A stretch of 64,000 nucleotides of DNA, from positions 107,659 to 171,658 of the forward strand of contig JAKASR010000002.1 in assembly GCA_021818955.1 (NCBI GenBank). The letters are read 5' to 3'. The translations under genes and the position numbers were made by a program. The notes under the pieces are model-generated. The model saw only the letters and a program-made list of their open reading frames with translations, searched no databases and was not told where the DNA came from. Positions 31,583-41,073 of the stretch are shown in pieces (the first letter of the stretch is position 1; every line of letters starts with the position of its first letter). The stretch comes from Acidobacteriota bacterium (lineage in GTDB: Bacteria; Acidobacteriota; Terriglobia; Terriglobales; SCQP01).

Positions 31583-31798
31583 AACTTCGAACTATAATAA
31601 ACGACTGGAGCGCTGCGGCTCGGCCGCTTTTACGTTTAGGCGTAAACCTTTTCGCAAGGGTCCGGTCGAAACCGGACGCATGGCGAAAACGCATGGACGC
31701 CATAGGCGCGGAACCTAAAAAGGAGCCCGCGCTTCGGCCCGCGAGCTCGGACATGAACTGCGGTTCGACTCGGTCGTTAACGCTTTAGGATCGCTGCG

Positions 31799-32989
31799 AT
31801 GAAATCCATACATGCCGTCCGGTTAGCGGAGCGGATGAGCCGTTTGGGCACGGAAAGCGCCTTTGAAGTGCTGGCGCGCGCCCGCCAGCTCGAAGCCCGC
31901 GGCAAATCCATTATTCATCTGGAAATTGGCGAGCCGGATTTTCCCACGCCGGCGAATATCGAAACCGCGGCCGTGCGGGCGCTGCGCGATGGCTATACCC
32001 ATTACACCCCCGCCCAGGGCCTGCCGGCGCTGCGGGAAGCGGTGGCCGCCTACGTCAGCCGCACGCGCGGGGTCGAGGTCGATCCCGACGAAGTCCTCAT
32101 CGGCACCGGTGGCAAGGCGATTTTGTATATCGTCTTGACGGCGCTGCTCGAGCCGGGCGATGAAGTGATCTATCCCGACCCCGGCTACCCCATTTATGAA
32201 TCCATGATTCGCTTTTTGGGGGCGCAGGCCGTGCCGGTGCGGTTGCGGGAAGAAGCCGAGTTCGCCATGACCGCGGAGGATATTGCCGCGGCGCTCACCC
32301 CGCGCACGCGCATGTTGATTGTGAACTCGCCGCATAATCCCACCGGCGGCGTGCTGCCACGGGAAGAGGTGCGGCGGCTGGCGCAGTTGCTGGCCGACCG
32401 CGATGTGATCGTCTTTTCCGACGAGATTTACAGCCGTATTCTGTTCGAAGGCGAGCACCATTCGCTGTTTTCCGAGCCGGGCATGCGGGAATGCACCGTG
32501 CTGATGGATGGCTATTCCAAAACCTATGCCATGACCGGCTGGCGGCTTGGTTTTGGGGTGATGCCGAAAGAACTGGCGCGCGCGGCCACGCAATTGACCA
32601 TCAACGTCAATTCCTGCGCCGCCGCTTTCACCCAAATGGCCGGCATCGAGGCGCTGCGCGGCGATCAATCGGCGGTCGACGCCATGGTGGCGGAGTTCCG
32701 CCGCCGGCGCGACGCCTGTCTTGCCGGGCTGCGCAGCATACCGGGATTCCGCTGCCAGCAGCCGCACGGCGCATTTTATATGTTTCCCAATATCGAAGCC
32801 ACCGGCTACCGCTCGCGCGAGTTGCAGGAAGCGCTGCTCAATGAAGCCGGCGTCGCCGTGCTGAGCGGCACCGCGTTCGGCCCGAATGGCGAAGGATTCC
32901 TCCGGCTGTCAGTGGCCAATTCGCTGGAAAACATCGAAGCCGCGATGACGCGCATCCGGAACTGGATGCTGGCTCACCCGCGGGCGTAA
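31799..32989 (+). CDS. Class I pyridoxal-phosphate aminotransferase (aspartate aminotransferase-like)
   Basis: NSPHNPTGGVL and YSKTYAMTGWRLG (PLP lysine). Confidence 0.9.
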   Translation: MKSIHAVRLAERMSRLGTESAFEVLARARQLEARGKSIIHLEIGEPDFPTPANIETAAVRALRDGYTHYTPAQGLPALREAVAAYVSRTRGVEVDPDEVLIGTGGKAILYIVLTALLEPGDEVIYPDPGYPIYESMIRFLGAQAVPVRLREEAEFAMTAEDIAAALTPRTRMLIVNSPHNPTGGVLPREEVRRLAQLLADRDVIVFSDEIYSRILFEGEHHSLFSEPGMRECTVLMDGYSKTYAMTGWRLGFGVMPKELARAATQLTINVNSCAAAFTQMAGIEALRGDQSAVDAMVAEFRRRRDACLAGLRSIPGFRCQQPHGAFYMFPNIEATGYRSRELQEALLNEAGVAVLSGTAFGPNGEGFLRLSVANSLENIEAAMTRIRNWMLAHPRA

Positions 32990-33001
32990 GCTCGCTCCCC
33001 T

Positions 33002-34135
33002 ATGGCCGCACCTCCATACCGTTTTCGTGTTTTCGCCACCGCCGATATTGGCCGCGAGGCGCTGGCGATTTTGCAGCAGCAGGGTTACGAAATCGAAGTT
33101 TATCCCCAACTGGAAGCGCCTTCGCACGACTTGATTGTGGACAAGGTGCGGGCGGGCGTGGATGGCCTGATCACGACCTTGCGCGACCGGATCGACACGG
33201 AAGTCTTCGAAGCCGGCAAAGGGCGGCTGCGGGTGGTGGCGCAAGATGCGGTGGGTTTCGACAATATTGACCGTGCCGCCGCCAACCGCGCCCGGATTCC
33301 GTTCACCCACACGCCCGAGGTGCTGACCGAAGCCACAGCCGAATTTGCCTGGTTCATGCTGGGCGCGGCGGCGCGCCAACTCTGGGCCAGCGAACAACTG
33401 GTGCGCGAGCAGCAATGGCGGTTCTGGCATCCGTATTATCCGCTGCTGGGCACCGAGGTGACCGGTAAAACGGTAGCGGTGATCGGAACCGGACGCATCG
33501 GACAAGCCTTCATCCGCAAAAGCCTGGGCTTCGAAGTGCGGCTGCTGTGCCACGATCCGGTGCGGCAAGATGCCGAATTCGTGCAAAAAGTGGCGCGGCT
33601 GCAAGCGGAAGGGCGGAAGTCGGGCCTGTTGCGGGCCAGCGCCAGCATCGCGTATACCGGCTTGCGCGAAGCCTTATCGGAAGCCGATTTCGTCAGCCTG
33701 CATGTGCCGCTGCTGCGCGCGGGCGAGAGCCCAGCACCCACCTACCATCTGATCGACGATGAGCGCATAGGCTGGATGCGAACCGGCGCCTGGCTGATCA
33801 ACACCTCGCGCGGGCCGGTGGTGGACGAGGCGGCGTTGCTCCAAGCGCTGCGCGCCGGGCGGCTGGCGGGAGCGGCGCTGGATGTCTATGAAACCGAGCC
33901 GCTGCCGGAAACGAGCGGGCTCCGGGCGGCGGACCTGGTGCAACGGGTACGGCTGTATCCGCATGCCGCCAGCGCCACCATCGAAACCCGGCTGTCGCCC
34001 GATCCCGAACGCGGCATGGCCGGACGCTGCGTGCAGGCGTTGCGCGACGTGCTGGAGGCCAATTACGGCGGCCAGCCGGCGCGCATGCCCTACGTGGTCA
34101 ATAAAGAAGCGTTTCAGGACGGCGGGACGGCATGA
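33002..34135 (+). CDS. D-isomer-specific 2-hydroxyacid dehydrogenase
   Basis: NAD fold VAVIGTGRIGQAF, INTSRGPVVDE, and AALDVYETEP. Confidence 0.85.
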   Translation: MAAPPYRFRVFATADIGREALAILQQQGYEIEVYPQLEAPSHDLIVDKVRAGVDGLITTLRDRIDTEVFEAGKGRLRVVAQDAVGFDNIDRAAANRARIPFTHTPEVLTEATAEFAWFMLGAAARQLWASEQLVREQQWRFWHPYYPLLGTEVTGKTVAVIGTGRIGQAFIRKSLGFEVRLLCHDPVRQDAEFVQKVARLQAEGRKSGLLRASASIAYTGLREALSEADFVSLHVPLLRAGESPAPTYHLIDDERIGWMRTGAWLINTSRGPVVDEAALLQALRAGRLAGAALDVYETEPLPETSGLRAADLVQRVRLYPHAASATIETRLSPDPERGMAGRCVQALRDVLEANYGGQPARMPYVVNKEAFQDGGTA

Positions 34136-34755
34136 GCTGCGCGGTGTGCGAGCGGCGCAAGCCTCGCCGCGATTGTCCCGCGCTGGGCAAAGGAATTTGC
34201 GACGCCTGCTGCGGGCGTTATCGCGAGCTGACGCTCGATTGCCCGGCCGAATGCCCGCACCTGATCGATGCCTATCGCTATGAGCGGCAGCGGCCGGTGC
34301 CGGAGTCGCGAAAATTTCGCCCCGATTTTCCCCTCTCGGCGCGGCAGGTGGACGAGATCCAGCAACTGCTGACGACGCTGCTGGAAGGCTTGCAGGCGTT
34401 CCGGCAGCGGCATCGCGAACTGGCCGACGCGGACCTGGCGGAGGCCATGGAAAGCCGGCTGAAAGCGCTGGAAACCCAGGCCAGCGGCCTGGTCTATGAT
34501 GCCTCGCCGGTGGGCGGCCTGGGGCGGGAACTTTATCAGCAATTGGCGGAGTTGGAGCAGAAGCCGGGCCAACGCTCGGAACTGGCGCCGGCCACGGTCC
34601 CCACCCGCGAGCAGCGCATCCTGGCCTACGTTTTGCTGATTCGGACCGTGAAGATCAATAGCAGCGGGCGGGCGCGCGCCCGCGGCTTCATGGTTTGGCT
34701 GAACGACCGATTTCCCCCCCGGGCTCCGGAAGCGCCTTTGGTGATCGCCCCTTAA
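34132..34755 (+). CDS. Hypothetical Cys-rich protein
   Basis: N-terminal CAVCERRKPRRDCPALGKGICDACCGRYRELTLDCPAECPHL. ATGA overlap with the upstream gene. Confidence 0.5.
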   Translation: MSCAVCERRKPRRDCPALGKGICDACCGRYRELTLDCPAECPHLIDAYRYERQRPVPESRKFRPDFPLSARQVDEIQQLLTTLLEGLQAFRQRHRELADADLAEAMESRLKALETQASGLVYDASPVGGLGRELYQQLAELEQKPGQRSELAPATVPTREQRILAYVLLIRTVKINSSGRARARGFMVWLNDRFPPRAPEAPLVIAP

Positions 34756-34814
34756 GCCCCGGCGGGTGTGCGAAAATAACCTACACTAGAATTTTCCAAG
34801 GCTATTCGCTCCGC

Positions 34815-36542
34815 ATGTCTTCATCGCAACCTCTACCCTCGACCCCTCCTTCCGCCGCTGACGCGGAAGCCACGCCTCAGCCGGAAGCGGCCCAGCCGCC
34901 CCCAAAAGCCGAGGAAGAAACCAGCTTCGCGCGCCTGTTGGAACAATACAGCGCGGATACGCCGGCCTCCGGCCCGAAGACGGGCGACCGCCTGGAAGGA
35001 GTGGTGGTTAACCTGACGGCGGACGCGGCGCTGGTGGATATTGGCGCGAAAGCGGAAGGTTTTATCCCGATTGAGCAGCTGCGCACGCCGGAAAACGGAA
35101 TCAGCGTGCAACCGGGCGACCGCTTGCCGGTGATTGTCGAAGGGCGCGACGCCGAAGGCTCGCTGCGGCTCAGCGTGCTGCATCCCGACCGGCCGCGGAA
35201 TTTCGAGGACCTGCGGCTGGCGCACGAAGAAGGCCGGCTCGTGACCGGCAAAGTGATGGGGCTGGGCAAGGGCGGCTTAAGCGTGAAGTTCGGCGAAGGG
35301 CGGGGCTTTCTGCCGGCGGCGCGCAGCGGCGCGCATAACCAGGAAGAAATGCACGCGCTGGTGGGGCAGGAAGTCCGCGCCCGCATCATGCGGCTGGAGC
35401 CGGCGCGCAACAGCGTGGTGCTGGACCGGCGTTCGGTGCTGGAAGAACAGCGGCTGGCGGCGGAAAACGCCGCGCTGGAACGGCTGCACGAGGGCGATGA
35501 GATCGATGCCCGCGTGGCCAGCTTGGCGCATTACGGCGCTTTCGTGGACCTGGGCGGCATCGAGGCGCTGCTGCATGTCAGCGACATGAGCTGGCAGCAT
35601 TTGGATAATCCGGCCACGCTGGTTGCCATCGGCGATACGGTACGGGTGCGGGTGCTAAAAATCGAACCGCAGAAACGGCGCATTTCGGTCGGCATCAAGC
35701 AGCTCGGCCGCGATCCCTGGGAAGATGTGCCGAACAAGTACGCCGTCGGGCAGCGGGTGCGCGGAAAAGTCATGCGCACCACCGATTTTGGCGCTTTTAT
35801 CGAGGTCGAGCCCGGAGTCGAGGGCCTGATTCACATCAGCGAGATGAGCTGGTCGCGCAAACAGCCGCGGCCGAGCGATATCGTCAAGCCCGGCGAGGTG
35901 GTCGAAGCCGTGGTGCTGGGCGTCAAGCCCGAGGAACGGCGCTTTTCCCTGGGCTTGAAGCAGGCGCTGGGCGATCCCTGGCAGGAAGCCGAGAAGCAAT
36001 ACGCGCCGGGCAAGATCGTCGAAGGCAAAGTACGCAACCTGCAGCCTTTTGGCGCCTTTGTCGAACTGGCCGAGGGCGTGGATGGCATGATCCACATCGG
36101 CGATTTGAGCGAACAGCGGTTGAAGCACCCCAGCGAAGCGGTCAAGGTGGGCGATCAAGTGCGGGTGCAGGTGCTGGAATTCGATCGCGCCAAGCGCCGC
36201 ATCCGGCTGGGGATGAAACAGCTCGCGCCCAAGCCGGTGGATCTTTATATCGCCGCGCATCAAACCGGAGAGGTGGTCAGCGGGCGCGTGGTGCGCGCCT
36301 ACCCCGGACGCGTGCAATTGGACGATGGCGTGGACGCGAACTGCCCTTCGGCGGTCAAACCCAAGCCGAAGATCGAGGAAGGCACGCTGGCGGCCAAACT
36401 CTCGGCCGTGTGGAAGCGCCCGGGAGCCGAGCCGCAGCCGGAAGCGCCCGCCGGAGTGCAGTTGAAGGCCGGTGAAACGAGAAAGTTCCGGCTGACGAAA
36501 CTCGACGCCGAACAGCGCGCGGTGGAAGTCGAACCGGTGTAA
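34815..36542 (+). CDS. rpsA: 30S ribosomal protein S1
   Basis: Repeated S1 domains (G..V.G.V......GAFV.L..GVEGLIHISE). The chosen start is MSSSQPLPS. The ORF track extends it to 34695. Confidence 0.93.
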   Translation: MSSSQPLPSTPPSAADAEATPQPEAAQPPPKAEEETSFARLLEQYSADTPASGPKTGDRLEGVVVNLTADAALVDIGAKAEGFIPIEQLRTPENGISVQPGDRLPVIVEGRDAEGSLRLSVLHPDRPRNFEDLRLAHEEGRLVTGKVMGLGKGGLSVKFGEGRGFLPAARSGAHNQEEMHALVGQEVRARIMRLEPARNSVVLDRRSVLEEQRLAAENAALERLHEGDEIDARVASLAHYGAFVDLGGIEALLHVSDMSWQHLDNPATLVAIGDTVRVRVLKIEPQKRRISVGIKQLGRDPWEDVPNKYAVGQRVRGKVMRTTDFGAFIEVEPGVEGLIHISEMSWSRKQPRPSDIVKPGEVVEAVVLGVKPEERRFSLGLKQALGDPWQEAEKQYAPGKIVEGKVRNLQPFGAFVELAEGVDGMIHIGDLSEQRLKHPSEAVKVGDQVRVQVLEFDRAKRRIRLGMKQLAPKPVDLYIAAHQTGEVVSGRVVRAYPGRVQLDDGVDANCPSAVKPKPKIEEGTLAAKLSAVWKRPGAEPQPEAPAGVQLKAGETRKFRLTKLDAEQRAVEVEPV

Positions 36543-36577
36543 AAAAAGAGTTCAGTTTCGCATTGAGGATTTCGAGC

Positions 36578-36607
36578 TGGCGGCTTTCGGGCCGCCATTA
36601 TTTTTTT
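36578..36607 (+). terminator. Intrinsic terminator of rpsA
   Basis: TGGCGGC-TTTCGG-GCCGCCA followed by TTATTTTTTT. It overlaps the 3' end of the convergent coaX. Confidence 0.7.
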
Positions 36608-37419
36608 CTCAACGCCATTTTTCCGGCGGAATGCTGTTTTTTAGATGAATTCGGCTCGCGATTTTTTTCCCAGATCAGGCGCAGGCCTTCCAGCGTGAGG
36701 TGGGGATCGTACTCCTTCAGGTGGCGCGAGGCGGACATCAGGGTTTCCGCCCAGCCGCCGGTGGCGAGCAGGTGAGTATTGGGCCCGGTTTCCGCCAGCA
36801 GCCGCTCGATCAGGCCATCCACCATGGCAAGATAGCCGTAATAGAGTCCGGATTGGATGCTGCCCACGGTGGTGCTGCCGATCAACTGCTGGGGCGGACG
36901 GATCTCGACCCGGGGCAGGCGGGCGGTGCGGGTGAACAGCGCCTCGGCGGCGATGGCGATTCCCGGCAGGATGATGCCGCCGACATATTCTCCGCGGGCG
37001 GAAACGACATCGAACGTGGTGGCCGTGCCGAAATCCACGACAATCACCGGCCCGCCCAGGCGCTCCAGCGCGGCCACGGCGTTGACAATGCGATCGGCGC
37101 CGACATCGGCGGGCGGCTCATAAAGCACCGGCATGCCGGTTTTCAATCCCGGCCCGACAAACAGCGGCTCGAGGCCGAAAATGCGCTCGAGCGCCTGGCG
37201 CAGCGCGGCATCGAGCGAGGGCACGACCGAGGCCACAATGATCGCAGCCACATCGGAGGGCGCGATGGGATTGCCGGTCAGCAGCCCCCGCAGCAGCAAG
37301 CCGTACTCATCCACCGTGCGGCTGGCGAGGGTGCTTAACCGCCAGGACGCCTGCAGGCGCGAGCCGTCGAATACCCCCAGCGCAATATTGGTATTGCCGA
37401 CGTCGAGAACTAAAAGCAT
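36598..37419 (-). CDS. coaX: Type III pantothenate kinase
   Basis: MLLVLDVGNTNIALGVF and VDFGTATTFD. Confidence 0.9.
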   Translation of the reverse strand: MLLVLDVGNTNIALGVFDGSRLQASWRLSTLASRTVDEYGLLLRGLLTGNPIAPSDVAAIIVASVVPSLDAALRQALERIFGLEPLFVGPGLKTGMPVLYEPPADVGADRIVNAVAALERLGGPVIVVDFGTATTFDVVSARGEYVGGIILPGIAIAAEALFTRTARLPRVEIRPPQQLIGSTTVGSIQSGLYYGYLAMVDGLIERLLAETGPNTHLLATGGWAETLMSASRHLKEYDPHLTLEGLRLIWEKNREPNSSKKQHSAGKMALRKK

Positions 37420-37541
37420 GCGCTACCATCCTATCGCGCCCGGCAGCCGCAAGGCGGCTCGTCCGCTTTGAAAGGGCCGTGATAAGGGGCGGAACTTAAA
37501 CGGCACGCGGCGCTGCCGCCTGCGATTGCGCACATGAACAT

Positions 37542-38609
37542 CTATTCGGCTCGGCCGTTGATGCTTGTAACGGCACCCACCGCCCGCACCGGGCCGGAGA
37601 CTACCGTCACCAGTTCCTGGTCGCTTTCCCGCCGAACCCGCAGAAAGCCGGCCTCGTCCAGGCCTTCGGAACGCCCCTGCCAGGCGGCTTCCCCCTCGCC
37701 CACGCACACCCGGCGGCCGCGGGCATAGGAAGAGGCGCGCTCGAATTCGGCGCGGATTTCGGCGGCGCCGCCGGCCAGGGACTGGCGGTAACGCGTTTCG
37801 AGCAATTCCAGCAAACGGGCGCAGAGTCCGACGCGGGTGGGCGGGCGCGGGCAATGCTCGGCCAGGGTGGTGGCGATCGGGCGCAACTCGGCGGGAAAAG
37901 CCATCGCCCCGATGTTGATGCCGATGCCGAGCACGGCCCACTGGATGCGGGTGGCCTCGGCCTGCATTTCCAGCAGGATGCCGGCGCATTTTTTGCCTTC
38001 GAGCAGGACGTCGTTGGGCCAGCGCAGATCGGGTTCGAGGGCGCAGGCTTCGGCAATCGCCTGGCGCACGGCCAGGCCGGACGCCAGCATGAGCGGCAAC
38101 AGCAGCGACGGAGGCCCTGGCGGCCGCAACAGCAGGCTCATATATATCCCGGCGGCGGGCGGTGAATTCCAGCGGTGTCCCTGGCGGCCGCGTCCGGCCG
38201 TCTGTTCCTCGGCGAGAAAGACGCTGCCTTCCGGCTCCCCCTGCTGCGCCGCCAGTTGCGCGGCGGATTGGGTGGAATCGAGGCGAAAGGCGTGATGCAG
38301 GCGGCGCCCAAAAAGCGGCGAGCGCAGGTTGGGGCGCAACAGCTCGGGCAGCAGCAAGTCGGGCACGGCGGCGAGGCGATAGCCCATGGCGGGATGGCCG
38401 CGAACCAGCACGCCTAAACGGCGCAAATGCTGCACCGCGCGCCACACCGCAGAGCGGCTGATTTTTCCGGGCGCCGTGCCCGCGGCCTGGTTTGGACTGA
38501 GCTGGCGCGCCAGCCGCGAGCCGGAAAGCACCATGGTGGCGTTGGCCAGCAGCTCGCGCATCAACCCGTGCAGCAGTGGTTCGCTGGCTTCAGGCCTGGA
38601 TGCATGCAT
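37542..38609 (-). CDS. birA: Bifunctional biotin-[acetyl-CoA-carboxylase] ligase/repressor
   Basis: HTH-like SRSAVWRAVQHLRRLGV and GRGRQGHRWNSPPAAGIYMSLLL. The chosen start is MHASRPE at 38609. The ORF-track extension to 39026 overlaps nadC. Confidence 0.85.
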   Translation of the reverse strand: MHASRPEASEPLLHGLMRELLANATMVLSGSRLARQLSPNQAAGTAPGKISRSAVWRAVQHLRRLGVLVRGHPAMGYRLAAVPDLLLPELLRPNLRSPLFGRRLHHAFRLDSTQSAAQLAAQQGEPEGSVFLAEEQTAGRGRQGHRWNSPPAAGIYMSLLLRPPGPPSLLLPLMLASGLAVRQAIAEACALEPDLRWPNDVLLEGKKCAGILLEMQAEATRIQWAVLGIGINIGAMAFPAELRPIATTLAEHCPRPPTRVGLCARLLELLETRYRQSLAGGAAEIRAEFERASSYARGRRVCVGEGEAAWQGRSEGLDEAGFLRVRRESDQELVTVVSGPVRAVGAVTSINGRAE

Positions 38610-38626
38610 GAATGCGGCTCGCGAAA

Positions 38627-39496
38627 TTACAGGCGGCGCCAGCGCTGGCCGAAATCGGCCACGGGAGCGGATTGGGTCAGGGCGCCAATGCTGAAGCGGC
38701 GGATGCCGGCGGCAACGTAGGCGCCGATGTTTTCCAGGGTCAGCCCGCCGCCCACCTCCACCATGACCGTGGGCGGCGCCAACGCCAGCGCCTGGCGCGC
38801 CAGTTCGGGCGTGACATGATCGAGCATGACGTGGGCGGCGCCGGCAGCGACCGCCAGGCGCATTTCCTCGAGCGAGACCACCTCGACCGCCAGCAGTTGA
38901 TCGGGACGGCGGCGGGCGCGAGCGCGTTCGAGCGCGGCGGCCACGCCGCCGGCCAGCGCCACATGCGAACGCTTGATCAGGATGCCGTCGGACAGGTCGG
39001 CGCGGTGCGTCTGACCGCCGCCGCAAATGACGGCGTATTTTTCGAGCTGCCGCAGCCCGGGGGTGGTTTTCCGGGTATCGAGGATGGCGGCGCCGGAGCC
39101 GCGCACGGCATCCACGAACTGGCGGGTAAGGGTGGCAATGCCGCTGAGATGTTGCAGAAAGTTTAACAGCACGCGCTCGCAGGCCAGCAGCGCGCGGGCG
39201 CGTCCGCGCAACACCGCCACCGTCTGGCCGGGGCGCAGCCGCACCCCATCGAACACTTCCGCCTGGCTGCCGACAAAGACCATCGGCCCGGAGGGCATCT
39301 GCAGGCTGGCAAAGACTTCATAAATTTTCGAAACCAGGCCCAGGCCGGCCAGCACGCATCCGTAACGGGAAAACAGTTCCGATTGCGCTTCTTCCTGCTC
39401 GCCAATGGTGGCGAGCGTAGTTTGGTCGGCCAGCGCGTGATCTTCGCGCAGGGCGGCCTCGACCAGTGCGGTGATGCGGCGGGAATTCCAGTCCAT
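38627..39496 (-). CDS. nadC: Nicotinate-nucleotide pyrophosphorylase (carboxylating)
   Basis: ILDTRKTTPGLR, and EVGGGLTLENI near the C-terminus. Confidence 0.9.
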   Translation of the reverse strand: MDWNSRRITALVEAALREDHALADQTTLATIGEQEEAQSELFSRYGCVLAGLGLVSKIYEVFASLQMPSGPMVFVGSQAEVFDGVRLRPGQTVAVLRGRARALLACERVLLNFLQHLSGIATLTRQFVDAVRGSGAAILDTRKTTPGLRQLEKYAVICGGGQTHRADLSDGILIKRSHVALAGGVAAALERARARRRPDQLLAVEVVSLEEMRLAVAAGAAHVMLDHVTPELARQALALAPPTVMVEVGGGLTLENIGAYVAAGIRRFSIGALTQSAPVADFGQRWRRL

Positions 39497-39722
39497 CGGG
39501 GAAGAATTCTATACTAACGCGACCCGCGGCGGGTAGGACCCCCAGATCGGCGCTAATTATAGCGACTCGGAATTTCAGGCGCGCGCAGCCGCTTGCCATG
39601 CCGCCGGATTTGCCGCTGAACCAGGCAAGCGGCGGGCAGTCTTTGCGCGGGCTGGGCTATACTGAAAGCGCGTCCGCACGACGTGGGAAATCGTGCGTCG
39701 GGGCGGATTTTTAGCCGCACAC

Positions 39723-39796
39723 TGCCGGGTCGTTCAATGGTAGGACAGCAGACTCTGGATCTGCCTATCGGGGTTCGAGTCCCTGCCCGGCAGCCA
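39723..39796 (+). tRNA. tRNA-Gln (anticodon CTG)
   Basis: Hand-folded cloverleaf: acceptor TGCCGGG/CCCGGCA, D stem GTTC/GGAC, anticodon arm GCAGA-CTCTGGA-TCTGC, T arm CGGGG-TTCGAGT-CCCTG, discriminator G, encoded CCA. The U1-A72/G73 pattern matches tRNA-Gln. Confidence 0.85.
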
Positions 39797-39959
39797 TATA
39801 TTTTCAATCACTTACAGGTAATACTTCCCACTCGCTCGAATCAAGGTTTTGCGGCGATATTGCGGATTGTTGCGTGGTAGTCATAGGCTGGGGGTCGTTG
39901 CTAGCGGGTAGCTGTCAACCGCATTTCCCCCCTGCATCGGGCTACGTCATAATTTAGCC

Positions 39960-40700
39960 ATGGCGGCTCGCTCTCCATCCCGGACGCGCGATGCGCCCCG
40001 CTGGCTGCCAGCGCTTGCAGCCTGGCCGCCCTATGCCAGCCTGCCGCCGGAACTGGGCGCGGCCCTGGCCCAGGCGGCCGCGGTGCGCGAGTTCAAGCGC
40101 GGCCAGGCCGTCTGGCGCGAAGGCGAGCCGGCCACGCATTTTTACCTGATCTTGCGCGGGCTGGTGAAAATCGTCCATCCCACGGCCGGCGGCGGCGAGC
40201 CGATTGTCGGCATCTTCGGACAGGGAGACAGCATCGGCGACAGCGCCGTGGTGCAGCGCTCCACCTATCCCGCCGACGCGCTGGCCAGCAGCCATGCCGC
40301 CACGCTGTTGCAACTGGAAAGCGCGCCCTTGTTGCGCGCGCTCGAGGCCATTCCCGCCACGGGACAGGCCATGCAGCGCGTGCTGCTGGGCCACACCCGC
40401 GAGCTGCGCGAAAAAATCAATATCACCTCCGCCGGCAGCGTGCCGCAGCGCCTGGCGGCGCTGTTGCTCTATCTCGCCCGCCGTTTCGGCTCGGCTCCGC
40501 CCGCCGGACCTTGGACCATGCCGCTGGCCATCTCCCGCGCCGAGCTTGCCGCCCTCGCCGGCACCACCGTCGAAACCACCATCCGCACCCTCAGCCGCTG
40601 GCACCGGCAAGGACTGGTGCTGCCCGCCGGCCGCGCCGGCCTGACTTTCCCCCTGCCGCAAAAGCTCGAAGCCATCGTCTCCGGCGAATCGCCTCCGTAA
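39960..40700 (+). CDS. Crp/Fnr-family transcriptional regulator
   Basis: cNMP-binding-like FKRGQAVWREGEPATHFYLILRGLVKI. C-terminal HTH ISRAELAALAGTTVETTIRTLSRW. Confidence 0.8.
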   Translation: MAARSPSRTRDAPRWLPALAAWPPYASLPPELGAALAQAAAVREFKRGQAVWREGEPATHFYLILRGLVKIVHPTAGGGEPIVGIFGQGDSIGDSAVVQRSTYPADALASSHAATLLQLESAPLLRALEAIPATGQAMQRVLLGHTRELREKINITSAGSVPQRLAALLLYLARRFGSAPPAGPWTMPLAISRAELAALAGTTVETTIRTLSRWHRQGLVLPAGRAGLTFPLPQKLEAIVSGESPP

Positions 40701-40754
40701 TGCGGCTGGTGGAATCGTTTTGTATTTGCCATGAAAGCGGGCTAGGCTGTTGTC

Positions 40755-40967
40755 ATGGGCTGGCCTCAGACCATCGCGATTGTCGCGGCTATCCTGATCT
40801 CGGTCATTGGCGCGGTGCTCTATAACAACCGCCGCTTGGACGATTTGCGGAATGATATCAATGCCCGCTTTGCCGATTTCAATAGCCGCTTTGCCGAGGT
40901 CCACGAAGACCTGCGCGAAATTCGCTCCATGCTGAATGAACTGCTGCGTACCCGCGCCGAGCATTAA
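40755..40967 (+). CDS. Small membrane-anchored coiled-coil protein
   Basis: One TM segment (IAIVAAILISVIGAVL) followed by a helical tail. Confidence 0.45.
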   Translation: MGWPQTIAIVAAILISVIGAVLYNNRRLDDLRNDINARFADFNSRFAEVHEDLREIRSMLNELLRTRAEH

Positions 40968-41073
40968 AACCATTTAATTTTTAAATTTTTCCCGGTTTCG
41001 CAATCGGAAGCAGGCCCTGAGCCTTCCGTTTGAATTAAGGAAGCCTGCGGCGCGGGACCTAACCGGAGTCCCG

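Noticed and set aside
30966-31754. 262-aa minus-strand ORF overlapping 31019..31582
   Set aside because: It is the same strand in a different frame. Its product is Arg/Ala/Ser-rich, whereas the 187-aa frame encodes coherent TM helices.
37423-39026. 340-aa Arg/Pro-rich minus-strand ORF, and the 139-codon N-terminal extension of the birA ORF
   Set aside because: The first is an alternative frame over birA with a junk-like composition. The extension overlaps nadC in another frame. The internal Met at 38609 gives a normal BirA with an HTH N-terminus, 17 nt after the nadC stop.
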